This document shows positions 1 to 14,918 of a DNA stretch of 63,943 bases, in pieces. Source of the DNA: Octopus bimaculoides (lineage: Eukaryota); assembly GCF_001194135.2 (NCBI RefSeq), contig NC_068996.1, positions 45,790,794 through 45,854,736 of the forward strand, given 5' to 3'. The notes under the pieces are model-generated. The model was given only the letters and a program-made list of their open reading frames with translations, did not search any database and had not been told where the DNA came from. Position 1 is the first letter of the stretch. Every line of letters starts with the position of its first letter. The position numbers and the translations under genes were made by a program.

Positions 1-60
<60 letters not shown>
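1..60. repeat. (TG)n microsatellite, representative of dozens of (TG/CA)n, (AT)n, (CT/AG)n, (AAT)n, (ATAC)n and (GACA)n tracts in the window
   Basis: Directly visible. Other examples: 2014-2100, 10620-10835, 11030-11120, 18213-18275, 28610-28643, 60190-60280. Confidence 0.95.
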
Positions 61-62
<2 letters not shown>

Positions 63-2009
63 CATAGGAGGAATTCCTGAGGAAAAATACGAAACGCTCT
101 ATAACAAAGAAATGATAAAGAGGATGAGGTACTAAGAGATAAAGATATACTGGTCCCATACGCCTTTGTGTTTTTTCTTTCCTTTAGAATATAAAAAGAA
201 AGAAAAGAATCTGTCACATGTCTTAGAGAAAATTCGTTTTAACTTGCCGAAATGTTAAAAATTCAAAATTATCTCTAGAATTTTGGAAGCAATTTTTTTG
301 AAAAGTCTCTCTCTCTCTCGTCTCTCTTGTATACACTCACACGAGAGAGAGAGAGCGATGTTCTGTAATTCATTCCACTAAAATACGATATAGGCTTTTG
401 GCCGAAGTATCGAATAGTCAGTCACAATCCGTTATTGGTTCAGTAGGTTGCCATTTGCAAATGAACATCGTCAGCTGTAAATCGTTTCAGCTATGCAGTA
501 TTCTACTGGAAAGGACGCAGCAAGGAGCATGTTTAATTAACGCAAATAATATTTGAACTAATTACTGCAGGTTAAGTTATACGCCTTGCCTTTCTGAATT
601 AGTGGGTAATATGCCACAGATAATGTAATTAGTAAAAGGAAACAAATTCTCCCTAACAGGATATGAACTCGTGGCTTAATCTAAAGAGACTGACAGTAAT
701 TTTACTGTGTTTTAAGAGAGAGAGATAGTGAGTGATATGATATTTATACAACTATTACAAGCATTCATAGCTTCAAGCAGGAATCGAAACTTCACGGCTG
801 GTATTGAAGAGACAAAAGTCTGACGATAGTCTTGTATTGAGAGCTTATTAATAGCTTACGTTTTCCTTGACATTTCATTCAACCAGAAATAGTGGGGGTT
901 TCAATTTCCCAATATGCGGATGTGGAAAGATCATTCTATACGTCTAAAAATTATTTTGATATTTGTACTTCCTTGCTAGGGTTAACTTGATTAGAAATAG
1001 AAACAGTGACACTTCACATTAAATTATTATACTTTACATTACATACATTACTACATTGCAATACTTACAAAAATAAGTTATTTTCCCTATGTTTGGTTGC
1101 GATATATTACTTAACTGACATTCATGTATTTTCCTGTAATTCAGTTAACACGTAGCTAGACTGAGCAATATCCTGAGCATTATTAATGAGGCGGAATTGA
1201 TGTGGAATTTTAGAATGTGGCAGGGTTTTGATTGAACATATATTTCCAGCATGTTGTTTTCCCTATAGTTTTTTTTTTCTTACATTTATTTCTAAGGGGT
1301 GTCCTTGCAGTAGATTTTGTGTACCGAAGCTTATCCCAGTGTTAGTGATTGACAGATGTGTTTTATCACGTGAATATGAATTAGCTTTTGTCAGGAAGAG
1401 AATTTGATCAGAGTAGTGCTATAAATTCTATTTTTTCTTTTTTTTTTTTTTGACAGAATATCTCTTTTCGTTTTCAATCTTCATGATTCGTTTCTGTTTT
1501 TCTCATTCTGACGAGTTTAGTCTTTATCCATTCTTAAGTCGTTTATACGTACTCAAGTTTGGCTTTATTTTTTCCTGTCCATTTTCGTAATTATTCACAC
1601 ATTCGTTGCCAGGATATTTTGTGCAGAAAAAGAAAAAGAACAAAATGAAAGGAAAAAAAAAACAAAAAAAAAAACAGAAACAAATTATATAATTATATAA
1701 TAAAGTGTACCAGAGGAAATACAAATATACAAGAAAATGGTCCCACTAGCTTACCTAAGTAACAATAAAAACAACAACAACAACAACAGTAAACACACAC
1801 CTACAACTATAAAGCCGCTCATCCCCACCTCTGCTGGTTCTTTTCTAAGCACCTGGCTCAAATGGATTTAAAGCGGATTACATGTGAACAGAAGGCATCC
1901 AAGTCCAGAAAGCGAACTTTACTTAATTTTTTTAGATGGGACAGAGGGTGGGAAGTATTATTTTCTTTGGAGTGTCTCATTTTATGTTTAGGTTTTAATC
2001 GTTTCTTTT

Positions 2010-2051
<42 letters not shown>

Positions 2052-2061
2052 NNNNNNNNNN

Positions 2062-2104
<43 letters not shown>

Positions 2105-2617
2105 TTAGGGAGTGGAGTGTTTTGTTTTGTTTTACTCACAGAAAACATTCTTATGTACCTAGGCGGTCAGCTGACGTAATTTGTATAGATTCCACCAAAC
2201 GCAAACTGACTTGACGCCAGGTAAACACATGATCATAGTATAGTGAAAGATACACACGCACATTGGTTTATGTCGGATGAATGAGACAGGAGTGCTTGAT
2301 GTGTACAGTGAACGCGCTACCTTAATTGTTAGATGGTTGCTCTCACGATTGCAAGATCGAAGTTTCGATTCCCAGACGGCGATGCATGTCTGTTCTTGAG
2401 CAAAACACTTCATTTCACATTTCTCCAGTCCACTCTGCAGTAACTGGATAACCATACGACAGATTGGTGTTCAGGGGGAATATTGGCCTGCCTACTTGAT
2501 CTGCGGTGTGGTATCTTCCGAAAGTTACAACAATGCAGGGATGCGTACAGTGACCAGTGACGTATAACAGCCATCATCTGGTTGGTACAATGATTATGCA
2601 CACAAATCATACATACT

Positions 2618-2668
<51 letters not shown>

Positions 2669-3220
2669 AAACGCTTGCTCAGATAGATACATATCACAGA
2701 AAGACAATGGAGTAGGCAGGACAAGAGGAGACACATGGAGCAAAAAGTCATTGATGGGGCCACAAGATGTGTGACGAAAGAACTGACAAACTAAAATAAT
2801 AATAATAATAATAATAATAATAAAGTTAAAAAGTAAAGATCACATAAATAGCGCGAGTGTTTAATTGGCTAAAGACGGCCATATTGCATAATATAAGTAT
2901 AGAGGATCATACACAAGAGATACATCTCTAGATTAGTTTCGTGTAAAACACACTTACGTATACTCGCGAGCACAAATGCAAATCTGTTAAAAGATTTTTA
3001 TTTTTAATTGTTCAAAAGTGCCATCTCAGTGACATAAAAAAATTGAGAAATCCATGTCGTGAGGGAAAATCATGGGCATGTCTAACATTCACTTTCCAGA
3101 CAATTGCAAGGGACAATTTCAGATGTTTAATTTTTATGCTAACCTCATTAAATGCACAGTCTTCACTATGCTTAACGGAATATTAATGAATATATCAAAA
3201 GCAAAATATTCCAGATATTA

Positions 3221-3429
3221 CTTTCTACTCTAGGTGCAAGGCCCAAAATTTTGGGGGAGGGGGTCAGTTGATTAGACCGGCACCAGTGCGTAACTGATAC
3301 TTAATTCATTGACCCCGAAAGGATGAAAGGCAAAGTCGACCTTGGCGGAATTCGAACTCAGAACGTAAAGCAGACGAAATACCGCTAAGTGTTTCGCCCG
3401 GCGTGCTAACGATTCTGCTAGTTCGCCCC
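3221..3429 (-). mobile_element. SINE family B copy, reverse
   Basis: Reverse complement of 16939-17155. Other reverse copies lie near 4530-4690, 12310-12510, 13210-13500 and 22975-23165. Confidence 0.8.
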
Positions 3430-6248
3430 CTCTTTCTCATATTTCCATCTTGTGACATGCGCAGCATCTTTGGTTATTATGGAAACAGTTTTTTGCCACG
3501 GTGAAGTGTAAAATACTCGCTTCTGATTGGCTAAAATACCCAAATTTTGCAAATTTTAAAGGTTAATAATTTTTTTAATCATGGAGTTATATGGAAAATG
3601 AATTTCGTTTTCATAATTAGTATACAAAACTTAATCCACATATCAAACTTGAAAACAATTGGAACAAAATTGTTAACAGTGACGAAACCACGAAGATCCG
3701 CCTTTTTATTAAGGCTTTGAAAGTAAATACTTACCATTTTATTTTATTTAAGCTTTTTTTCAAATGATGATTACATTAAATGCGTCAGTCTTTTCTTATA
3801 CATAAGAAATCCTTCGCATGCATCGAATTTATTCATCATACATCATTTATATAAATGAGTAGCAAATATTTATTTCATGAAATATTTATTTATTTTTCTT
3901 TTGTGGGATGGATTTCGTGTTTTAAAGCTGATTTATGCATATCAATGAAATTCTTGTACCAATCCGTAATATATTTTCGTCCTTCCTCATTCTATATTAG
4001 AATACATTAACTTAGTTTTTCGGCTGAGAACAAAATTCAACGACTGAAGAAACAATGAAATGTGAGAAATTTTGAGGATAAAAACTCCCTCGGCTTTTCC
4101 CTTTTCTCATGAATTATATAAACCAGAGAAGCTGAGGTTTTTAAATTTACGTTATGAAGTTATCTTTTTTAACGTAACTGCCTCGAGTTTGTACATTAAA
4201 AAATTAGACCGGTAGATAGACTGATTGAGTGAATGATAATGAAGATTTGGCCGACGTAAATTTCTTACGAATTACTCAGAGGAAGAGGAGAAGCGTTTAC
4301 ATACAGTATAGGTTTACAAAGATTGGGCGATTTTAATGAGGATGAATTTCAGTAGGTAAACACAAATAGGTAAAAATACGTGTTTAGTATATGCAATCCA
4401 GAGGGTAACATCCTGAAAGAGAATTAAGTGGAAAGTATTTATCGCGTGCGGAATCTGTTGTTTGAAGGTGAGATATGGACTGGAGTAGAAGAGGTGCATC
4501 TCTTGCTAGTTTAAAAAGTAGCTATATTCTTTTCTACTCTAGGCACAAGGGCCGAAATTTTTAGAGAGGGAGCCAGTCGATTAGATCGACCCAATACGCA
4601 GCTGGTACTTAATTTATCGAACCCGAAAGGATGAAAAGCAAAGTCGACTTCGGCGGAATTTGAACTCGGAACGTAAAGACAGACGATAAAAGGTAGCTAT
4701 ACTATCGATGAAAGAGGCAGAGAAAAACGCTAATGGCTCAGAAGTGATGGTATGTTAGTGGAGGAAATTCTGCCTGGTGATATTGGAAAGTCAACCTCAC
4801 CACACAACAAATATATAAGCTTCTGAGTTAGGTGGCCGCGTCGTGTGTTGTTAAATTATGTGCTATACTGATGGGTTGAAGTTTTAGATAATGTACACTT
4901 GGATGGCACAAAACCTCCAAAAAAAGGATAGTCATAACTGATTCCAGCCATATCTTTGTGTATGTACCTCTCACATGTGTGCATTTTATATCCTGGATCT
5001 ACTTGATCAGGTTTGATCTTGGATTAAGCAACAGCAAAAATTTAGGATACACCGTAGTGACATTAATTCTTATTCATCTGCAGTTTTCGGATATGATTAA
5101 TTTTTTAAAGTATTTATGATGGCGCTAAGGCATTGAAATGGCCGTCATTATGACGGATAAAAATGCCTTGCGATATTCGTTATGGCTCTCAGCATTCTGA
5201 CTACAAATTCCGCCATTTTTTATGATTAATAAATTACCAGTTTAGTACTTTGATTGATCCTTCCTTCTCGCCTCTCTGTGCAAAAGTTGCTGTTGGGAGA
5301 GTGACTATTTTGTTGAGTTAATGAAATGCTCAAGACTCTCCAATTTTTAAAAGAATCTATGATGGTGCTAAGGTAGTGAATTCGTCGTCGTATTGACGAA
5401 TGAAAATATCTTACGATATTCGTTACGGCTCTCTGCACTCTGATTTCAAATCCTCCCATCATTTATGATCAATGTCACAACGGCCCTCTTCGGCTCGTTT
5501 ACAAGTTGCAGCTTCAGTTCAAGACAGGCAATTAAGGATCATATTCTAAGGTAAGAGAGTAACAGAGCCAAAAACAATATTGAATAGTTCATTGTATTTT
5601 ATACGTTGTAGTTAGACACCGTATATAAATCACGTGTATCAGTTGCAACAGGTTGTAGTATACAATGTTAAGTGATATAGGATGTGGGAAGGTAACTATG
5701 TTATCTTAGATCGTTGCCATTTTCTGCAGGTGTAATATTATAAACAGTTTACCACAAAGGTATATAGTAAGCACTTTTAATTTTGCGTAGTTATATCTCA
5801 GATATACACACAGCCACATTGATTAGCTTACTTGTTTCTTTAATACATAATCAGATCATTGCCGACGAGTTTCGACCCAGTCCCTCTCCAAAGTATTGAT
5901 AACAGCCGGAAATCCGGAGTACTTTTAGTAATTGAGGAGAACCATTTCAATTTATATGCGAACAATGTATCTCAAATACAACTCGCCAGGTGCACAACAC
6001 CCTCCTCTCTCTCTCTCTCTCTCTCTCTTTCTCCCTCTATCTCTCTCTAATATAGCTCAAACATACTTTCACACACATAGTGAAGTAATGATTATCTCAT
6101 ATCTTCCATTTTAGTCACCTGTTAAGAAATTAAATACCTCTTGGCATGCAAATATTCTTTCGGTGAAAATGACTAATCTAATCCTGCGTGTTTGCCTGCC
6201 TGCCTTCCTATGTGTAGCTTATGCGTCCGCATCTATGTTTGTCTTCTT

Positions 6249-6279
<31 letters not shown>

Positions 6280-6941
6280 TCCATTTGTTTTCCTTATATA
6301 TTTATGCGTGCTTATGAAGCTATCGTATTGTTTCGAATAGAAGTGTCTGTATATTATTGGGTGAAGAGACGCGAGTTTGAGTATGCTTACTTAAATATGA
6401 TGAGAATATGTATGTTAAAGCTTGTTTGTCTCCTTGCGAGATTTGTCTCTTAAGTTGTGTGTCTGTGCACGTGTACGTGCTTATGTGTGCACGCACTTTT
6501 ATGCTCTTGACTATTTTGAGTGTCTCCATTTGCCTGTCGGCCTGTCTGAATTTCTATGAATGTGCCTGAAGTGATGATGTATTGGAACTTCACAATTAGG
6601 GATTTTTTTCGTTGAAAATCCTTTACAATTTTCATGCTTTTTCTCTCCGATCTGACACACACACTATAATACGCCGTACCACTCTATACCACATCATTCC
6701 ATACACCCAACACATCACCACGCTCCAACCGCCACTGCCACCACCACCATCACCACCACCACCTTCTCTTTCTCGCTCTGTCTCTCTCTCTCTCCTTAAA
6801 TCTTCAGTGACCCGGTTCTAGTTATACCATCTGTTTACAAAGTGATAAAACCTAGCTGGACAGATACTCACACCAGCAGGTATACCCACACATACGAATT
6901 GACACGCGGACGCAGTCGCATACATTACACACACACACACA

Positions 6942-6987
<46 letters not shown>

Positions 6988-7293
6988 TACATACACACAC
7001 AGCACATACCACACATGCATATACTCCCGCCCTTTTTTTCTGTTTCTATTTCTATGTCCTTTCTAGATTTTTTCATTGTATATCTTTCTATTTTTCCTCT
7101 TTCTTTATTTCCCTTTCTCTATCTCTAACGATTTGATATTTCTCTGTTTTTCTTTCTATCTCTCTTTCTCGCTTGCTCTCTCACTCGCCCGCGCTCTCTC
7201 TTTTGTTCCCTCTCTGATTATCTCTATTTGTCACCCCTTGTGTCCATTTGATTAGTTTTCACACAAACATCTCTCTCTCTCTATCTCATACAT

Positions 7294-7342
<49 letters not shown>

Positions 7343-7614
7343 NNNNNNNNNNNNNNNNNNNNNNNNNNNNNNNNNNNNNNNNNNNNNNNNNNNNNNNNNN
7401 NNNNNNNNNNNNNNNNNNNNNNNNNNNNNNNNNNNNNNNNNNNNNNNNNNNNNNNNNNNNNNNNNNNNNNNNNNNNNNNNNNNNNNNNNNNNNNNNNNNN
7501 NNNNNNNNNNNNNNNNNNNNNNNNNNNNNNNNNNNNNNNNNNNNNNNNNNNNNNNNNNNNNNNNNNNNNNNNNNNNNNNNNNNNNNNNNNNNNNNNNNNN
7601 NNNNNNNNNNNNNN

Positions 7615-7649
<35 letters not shown>

Positions 7650-8102
7650 GCAGTCAAATGACTGAAAGAAGTAATAGATAGATACACAACGCACAGTGCG
7701 CGCGTGTGTGTGAGAGAGAGAGAATACATATCCTACAATAAGGGTTGTATTGTATGCCCTGTAAAGTCGCTGCTGCTGTTTTAGCTATCAAGTATGTGGT
7801 GTTAACGAGCGGGTAAACTGTTATTATAATTACTGCTGCTGTTGTTAACATCTTTTCTCCTCTTTGTCATCAATATTATGAAACATTGCTATTTATTTCC
7901 ATCATAAATACCAATTACATTCCCTCAAATTTACAAACTTCTTGGTTGTCGCAAAACAAAACAAAACAAAACAGAAAATAACAAAAGAAAATTAAACTAC
8001 TTCTCTCATTCATATTTCAGCAGATTATTATAGGTTTAGACCATTTAGTAGCAGATAATCCTATTTAATAAACTGGGTTTATCTTCTATTGGGTGAATGA
8101 AA

Positions 8103-8144
<42 letters not shown>

Positions 8145-8456
8145 GCACACACACAAGCATAATTATACAGGCACGGCTCCATCTTTACCGATGGTTGCCG
8201 TCTCCTTGTGCTTCCTCGTTGTCAATGGCATTTCTGACTTTCCATCCATGGCCCCCCAGATGAATATTCAGTCCCGTTGCAGATCTCCATGATTTGTAGC
8301 ATAGATGACAGACGAAAGTTGTAAATAATTGTGCGGTTCCAACTGGTTAGATCTGGCTATGTCACCAGCCACCATCCTTCCATCGCCATGGCACCTTCTG
8401 TAGATGGAACGATAAATGAGGTCACCCACCATAAAGAGACATCTGTACATCATCTG

Positions 8457-8519
8457 TCCCTAGGTCCTACTGAAAGAGGCTCCCTAGGTCCTACTGAAAG
8501 AGGCTCCCTAAGTCCTACT
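8457..8519 (+). repeat. 24-bp minisatellite, about 2.6 copies
   Basis: tccctaggtcctactgaaagaggc twice, then tccctaagtcctact. Confidence 0.85.
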
Positions 8520-8587
8520 CAAAGTGTGGTACTCGTGCTGCATAAATATTTATCATTATAATCCGCAGACATAAAATACACACAAAG

Positions 8588-8961
8588 CACAGGAGGAGGT
8601 GTGTGGTAAGAAGTTTGCTTCCCAACCACATGGTTCCGGGTTCAGTCCCATTGCGTGGCACCTTGGGCTAGTTTCTTCTACAACAGCCTCGAGTCACCCA
8701 AAGCCTTGTGAGTGGATTTGGTAGACGGAAACTGAAAGAAGCCCGTCATATTTATATGTATGTACGTATGCATTTGCGTGTGTCTGTTTGTGCACCCCCA
8801 CCATCGCTTCACAAACGATATTACTGTGTTTACGTCCCCATAACTTAGCGGCTCGGCAAAAGAGCCCGATAGAATAAGTACTGGGCGTACAAAGAATAAG
8901 TCCTGGGGTCGATTTGTTCGACTAAAAGGTGGTGCTCCAGCATGGCCTCGGCTAAATGACT
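8588..8961 (+). mobile_element. SINE family A copy
   Basis: Colinear with 42155-42560; runs into an N gap. Confidence 0.8.
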
Positions 8962-9820
8962 NNNNNNNNNNNNNNNNNNNNNNNNNNNNNNNNNNNNNNN
9001 NNNNNNNNNNNNNNNNNNNNNNNNNNNNNNNNNNNNNNNNNNNNNNNNNNNNNNNNNNNNNNNNNNNNNNNNNNNNNNNNNNNNNNNNNNNNNNNNNNNN
9101 NNNNNNNNNNNNNNNNNNNNNNNNNNNNNNNNNNNNNNNNNNNNNNNNNNNNNNNNNNNNNNNNNNNNNNNNNNNNNNNNNNNNNNNNNNNNNNNNNNNN
9201 NNNNNNNNNNNNNNNNNNNNNNNNNNNNNNNNNNNNNNNNNNNNNNNNNNNNNNNNNNNNNNNNNNNNNNNNNNNNNNNNNNNNNNNNNNNNNNNNNNNN
9301 NNNNNNNNNNNNNNNNNNNNNNNNNNNNNNNNNNNNNNNNNNNNNNNNNNNNNNNNNNNNNNNNNNNNNNNNNNNNNNNNNNNNNNNNNNNNNNNNNNNN
9401 NNNNNNNNNNNNNNNNNNNNNNNNNNNNNNNNNNNNNNNNNNNNNNNNNNNNNNNNNNNNNNNNNNNNNNNNNNNNNNNNNNNNNNNNNNNNNNNNNNNN
9501 NNNNNNNNNNNNNNNNNNNNNNNNNNNNNNNNNNNNNNNNNNNNNNNNNNNNNNNNNNNNNNNNNNNNNNNNNNNNNNNNNNNNNNNNNNNNNNNNNNNN
9601 NNNNNNNNNNNNNNNNNNNNNNNNNNNNNNNNNNNNNNNNNNNNNNNNNNNNNNNNNNNNNNNNNNNNNNNNNNNNNNNNNNNNNNNNNNNNNNNNNNNN
9701 NNNNNNNNNNNNNNATAGACCATCATGGGCTATATAGACCACTGGTTTAGATACATAAATTATCTGGCAGATAGGTAGTTCAGGCAATATATGTTAAAGC
9801 CCTATACCTCGTTACCCATG

Positions 9821-9851
<31 letters not shown>

Positions 9852-10037
9852 AAACGCCTAGTTTAGAATAGAGGCAGCTGACGAAGGAATAATTCCAAGT
9901 GGCTTTTTGTTTTCCTATGTGTTCATCCCGTTGTCTGTAGTTCATTTTTCTAACGTCCTGTACCCGAATATGCATCTATATACACATGTAGATGTAAGTA
10001 TGTACATATATGTGTATATACATGCATATATATCCTT

Positions 10038-10094
<57 letters not shown>

Positions 10095-10617
10095 GTTTTG
10101 AAAGACAGTAGGGTTCACATAGATGATGAAGGGAAGGTAAAATGAAAAATAAAACACAGAAAGTAAAAAGACTGGCAGAAAAGACATTCTCTAAATAAAT
10201 ATACGTCTCCTGTCGCTAAGGATTGTCAATAGTACAAGAATTTATAGTCCAAAGCTGATAGCAGTGCGACAGGGTTTTTTGTTTTTGTTTTTGTTTTTTG
10301 CGGTGGGGAAAGAACGTAGAGGAAGGTTAAAGAAGATAGTTTGAAAGAGTGAACCAGGGATTAGAGGAGAAAGTTACTTACGTATGAATGTGTGTGTGAG
10401 GTATGAGTGAGTGAGTGTTAGTAAGTGTATGAGAAAAAGGAAGAGGGTAATTTCTTATTGTAAGGAAAAAGAACCTGTAAAGTTGTTGCTACTCTTTAGC
10501 TTCAGGTCAACTCTGATCGAACAGATCCAAAGATCAAAGGAATTTATAGTCAAGGCAATACTGCCCTTTATCTCAGAGAGAGTAAGAGTGAGTGAGTGTA
10601 GTCTGTAGTTCAGGATC

Positions 10618-10693
<76 letters not shown>

Positions 10694-10771
10694 NNNNNNN
10701 NNNNNNNNNNNNNNNNNNNNNNNNNNNNNNNNNNNNNNNNNNNNNNNNNNNNNNNNNNNNNNNNNNNNNNN

Positions 10772-10838
<67 letters not shown>

Positions 10839-12106
10839 TCCAATCTCAAGAAGATAGTGGGGAATTTCAAAACATTTAGCTTTTTCTTCCAGGTACAGCA
10901 AACATGTAGAAACTCACACGTTGACAGAAAAAGATGGAGGGAATAATTAAGAAAAATGGCTGAAATAATGGTGATATTTCAGATGGAAAACGACGGAATA
11001 ATGTGTGTGTGTGTGTGTGTGTATGAGAGAGACAGACAGACAGACAGACAAACAGAAACAGACAGACAGACAGACAAACAGAAACAGACAGACAGACAGA
11101 CAAACAGAAACAGACAGACAGAAACAAACAGACAGTTTCCGAGAAATTAAATTGTCATTATTGTTGACTAGTATATTAGAACCAGTATCCAAAGTTTTGC
11201 GGCCAATTAACCTTTTAGTCTTCTTCAGATAGTTTTAGAATTAAAGATAGATCATAGCATTTACTATTAACATCGTTTCTGCCAACAAATCTATGAATTC
11301 TTTATGAAGAAGTGGTATATTTAGTAGAGAGCAGTGTAGAAAAAAAAAATGAGTGGTAACTTTATGTAACTCCATGGATTAAGGAGAGCAATTTCTTAAT
11401 CATGTTCAGCATTGTGTGAAGTTCTATATCCCATCCTATGTATCATCTTTTACTCGGGACATAACAACGAGCGTTTTCTCTTTGAGAAAGTTATTAATGA
11501 TAGCACGAAACGATTTTTCTTATTTCCTTTTTTTCTTTTATTTTCCTCTTACTGTAATACCAATTTATCTCTTTGTATTTTTCTAAACTCTGCCTTAAGT
11601 TTCGTTATGGTTCAGTGAAGAGCTAACGAGAAAAGTTACTTTCCCTTTTACATAGACTTTTCTGCTAGTAAAACCGGATATAAGGTCGGGCATAGGGAGA
11701 GAGAGGGAGAGATGAAACGAAAGGGCAAAATATATCAGGGAGTTTAAATAAAATAAATCTTCTCAAAGCAGACAGAAGATTCCTTGTTCTTTCTTTTCGG
11801 CAAACAGAAGGACGTCTGAACGTTTGAAGGAGTTGCATGGAAAGTAAGGATAAGGTTTGTGAGAAAGAGTGGGATGGGTGGGGCGGATTTCTAGCAATTT
11901 GAGTAGAAACAATAGATACTGGTCGCCTGAGAAAATTTTTGAGATAAAAATCGTTGCTGTGGGATGTTAATTTTAGTAAGGGCAGCTATGTCTAAGAAAG
12001 GAATGATAAAAATTAAACTGTCCATGCGAAATAATGATAATCATCTTTTCTACTATAACTTAGATAGGTTTCGGTCAGTTAAAGGCCCAGGCCATGTCTA
12101 ACTTAA

Positions 12107-12122
12107 TAGCGCCACCTGGTGA
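12107..12122 (-). promoter_or_regulatory. Candidate CTCF binding motif
   Basis: The minus strand reads TCACCAGGTGGCGCTA, one mismatch from the canonical CCACCAGGTGGCGCTA-type core. This is a motif match only. Confidence 0.35.
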
Positions 12123-12653
12123 AGTCTTTTAGATCGTGATTCACTCCTCGGTCATATATGGGGCACCATGGCCCACTCCAGCAAAGAGTTATTATTGTTG
12201 GAGACATATTCGAGTGTAGGGGGGTGGTCTGGGATTTTATTTGGAGGAATTTGTCCAGGGAACTTTTGAATTTTTATGGGATCTGTTTCTGTTCTGGTGT
12301 ATTTTGTTATAGGTGCAAGGTCTAAAATTTTGCTGGAGAGAGCTATTCGATTATATTGACTTCAGTACTCAACTGGTATTTATTTTATTGGCTGCCAAAA
12401 GGATGAAAGGTAAAGTCGACGTCAGCGCAATTTGAACTCAGAACGTAAAGACGGACGAAATGCCGCTAAGCATTTTATCTGACGTGCTGTCCATTCTGCC
12501 AGCTCAATAGTAATAATTATTCGTATGAGTTATTTAATCGTAACTCATTTATTTTTTAGAACTGACTTCTTGTGAGGTTTCTGTGGTGATTCTAAGATTA
12601 AGAGAAACTCATAGAATTCTCTAAAATCTTTGTGTGTGTGTGTGTGTGTGTGT

Positions 12654-12718
<65 letters not shown>

Positions 12719-14877
12719 TATAAGTCTTTTTAGCAAGAAGAAACTAAAGACATCAACGAAACAACAAAATTACGAGAAATAGTGAAATAAGACAATGGAA
12801 AGCTGTTTCGACTTTTAGTGACGTTACTTGCGCATGTGACACACATACAAGCAAAATTAAACATTTTCTTTTCTCCTCTGTCAACTGAAAACGTAAGAGA
12901 CAAAATACTTATTGCTTTAGTAGAGTTCCCTGTTGCTAGCCGGCTCGCTTCATAAAAGATTAATAAACTAAATGGGAACAGTCTCTGCTTGGTCACTCGC
13001 TTGCTAAAAATAGCCACCAAATTGTACGCAAATCACACTTCGCCAACTCAGAAGAAAAGGCTATATTCGATAATGTTGTTCTGGATATCTCATTCCTGAA
13101 AATAAAGATAGGATAGTGATGGTAGTAATGCAATAATCATAGTTCTGTTTGAAAGAAGCTAAGCAGCAATAAAAGTTTCAGCGATGGGATTTCTAAATCA
13201 CTAGTAATTCTAATTCTGGCACGAATCCAGCCATTTTGCGGAAAGAGGACAAATCGACATCGACCCCAGTATTCAAGTGCTACTCGTTTTATCGACCGTA
13301 AGAGGTTCAAAGGCAAGGACGAATGTAAACCCGCGAACGGGCTTACGATTCTGTCAGCCCGTTGCCTTCACAGCCTCCGTTAACAGTCTTTTTCTAATGT
13401 TTGATACAAGGTCAGCAATTTTGAAGGCATGGAGCAGTCGATGACATCGACCCCAGTACCGACAGGATCAAAGTCAAAGTCAGACTCGGCGATATTTGAA
13501 CAGTAGCTATTGATAATAAATATTATTTACTCTCTCTGAATAGTATATGAATCCTTCTTTCAGAGCAATTACACAAAGCTATGTATTACACACACACACA
13601 AACACAAGCGCGGGTGTGTGGTATGAAGCTCGCTTTCCAACCACACGGTTCCGGGTTCGTTCCCACTATATGACACCTTGGGCAAGTGTTTTCTACTATA
13701 GCCTCGAGGCGACCAAAGCTTTATGAGTGGATTTGGTGGACGGAAACTGAAAGAAACCAGTCATGTGTGTGTATGTATGTATATATANNNNNNNNNNNNN
13801 NNNNNNNNNNNNNNNNNNNNNNNNNNNNNNNNNNNNNNNNNNNNNNNNNNNNNNNNNNNNNNNNNNNNNNNNNNNNNNNNNNATATATATATATATAATA
13901 TATATATATATAATTTATTTGTGAATTAAAGCTACCATTGGTTTCATGTTAAGAAAAGTAGGAAAATATCCGATCAAAATGGAGGCGAACACCTCTCAAC
14001 ATGTGATGGGCTTGAAATATTAAGACACTAGAGTATTCTCCTACTTTTATGAGCATGAAACTAATGGTAGCCTTAATTCACAAATAGAAATCATATCCAC
14101 CAATGTGGTGTTGAGGACTCATTTTCATCTTCGACATTTACATCTGTATATATGCGTGCGTGTGTTTGTCCCTCACCACCGCTTGACAAACTGTGTTGGT
14201 ATGTTTATGTCTCCGTAGCTTAGCAGTTCGGCAAAATAGACTGATATATTAAATAATAGGCTTTAAAAAAAATAAGTCCTGGGATCGATTTGTTCGTCTA
14301 AAACCCTTCAAAACGGTGCCCCAGTAGGGCCGCAGTGAAATGAGAGAAAGAAGTAAAAGATAAAATACATACATACATACATACAGAGTACAACACGCAC
14401 ACATACAACGCACGTTTATTTATTTTGGGGGCACATTATGAATGATAGCATTTAAGGAAAGCTCTTATCACAACGCATCAAGACTCAATACAATGCCCAC
14501 TTCACCGTAATTACTTATCACCGACTTCACTGAACCCGTCACAAAATACAAATCACCACCATGGTTGCCACTGCCTTTATTGAAGCAATCGCCTTCTTTA
14601 TAATAACCACACATATCAAGGTGATAAAATCAGTCATACCTTCAGCCTAAATATATAAAAGATGAATTATATCTAGAACACTCCTTTTGAGATTTTAGGG
14701 TTTTTTGTTTTTCGTTTGGCTATTTTTTTTTCCTGCTTTTCTCTACGCTGTTTGTTTTCCTCTTATCAGTGATCCCTTACTTAGCTCTAATATCGTTTTC
14801 CGTTTAAACAGTATCATGCCGTTGTACGTACATCACTATTGTCAAACTGTTACAGTAGTAATCTGTTGTAATAACAA

Positions 14878-14918
<41 letters not shown>

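Noticed and set aside
306-355. 15-bp inverted repeat
   Set aside because: It is built from (CT)n and (AG)n low-complexity tracts, and is expected by chance here.
8457-8519. CRISPR-like array
   Set aside because: The units are adjacent with no spacers, in a eukaryotic context; it is a simple minisatellite.
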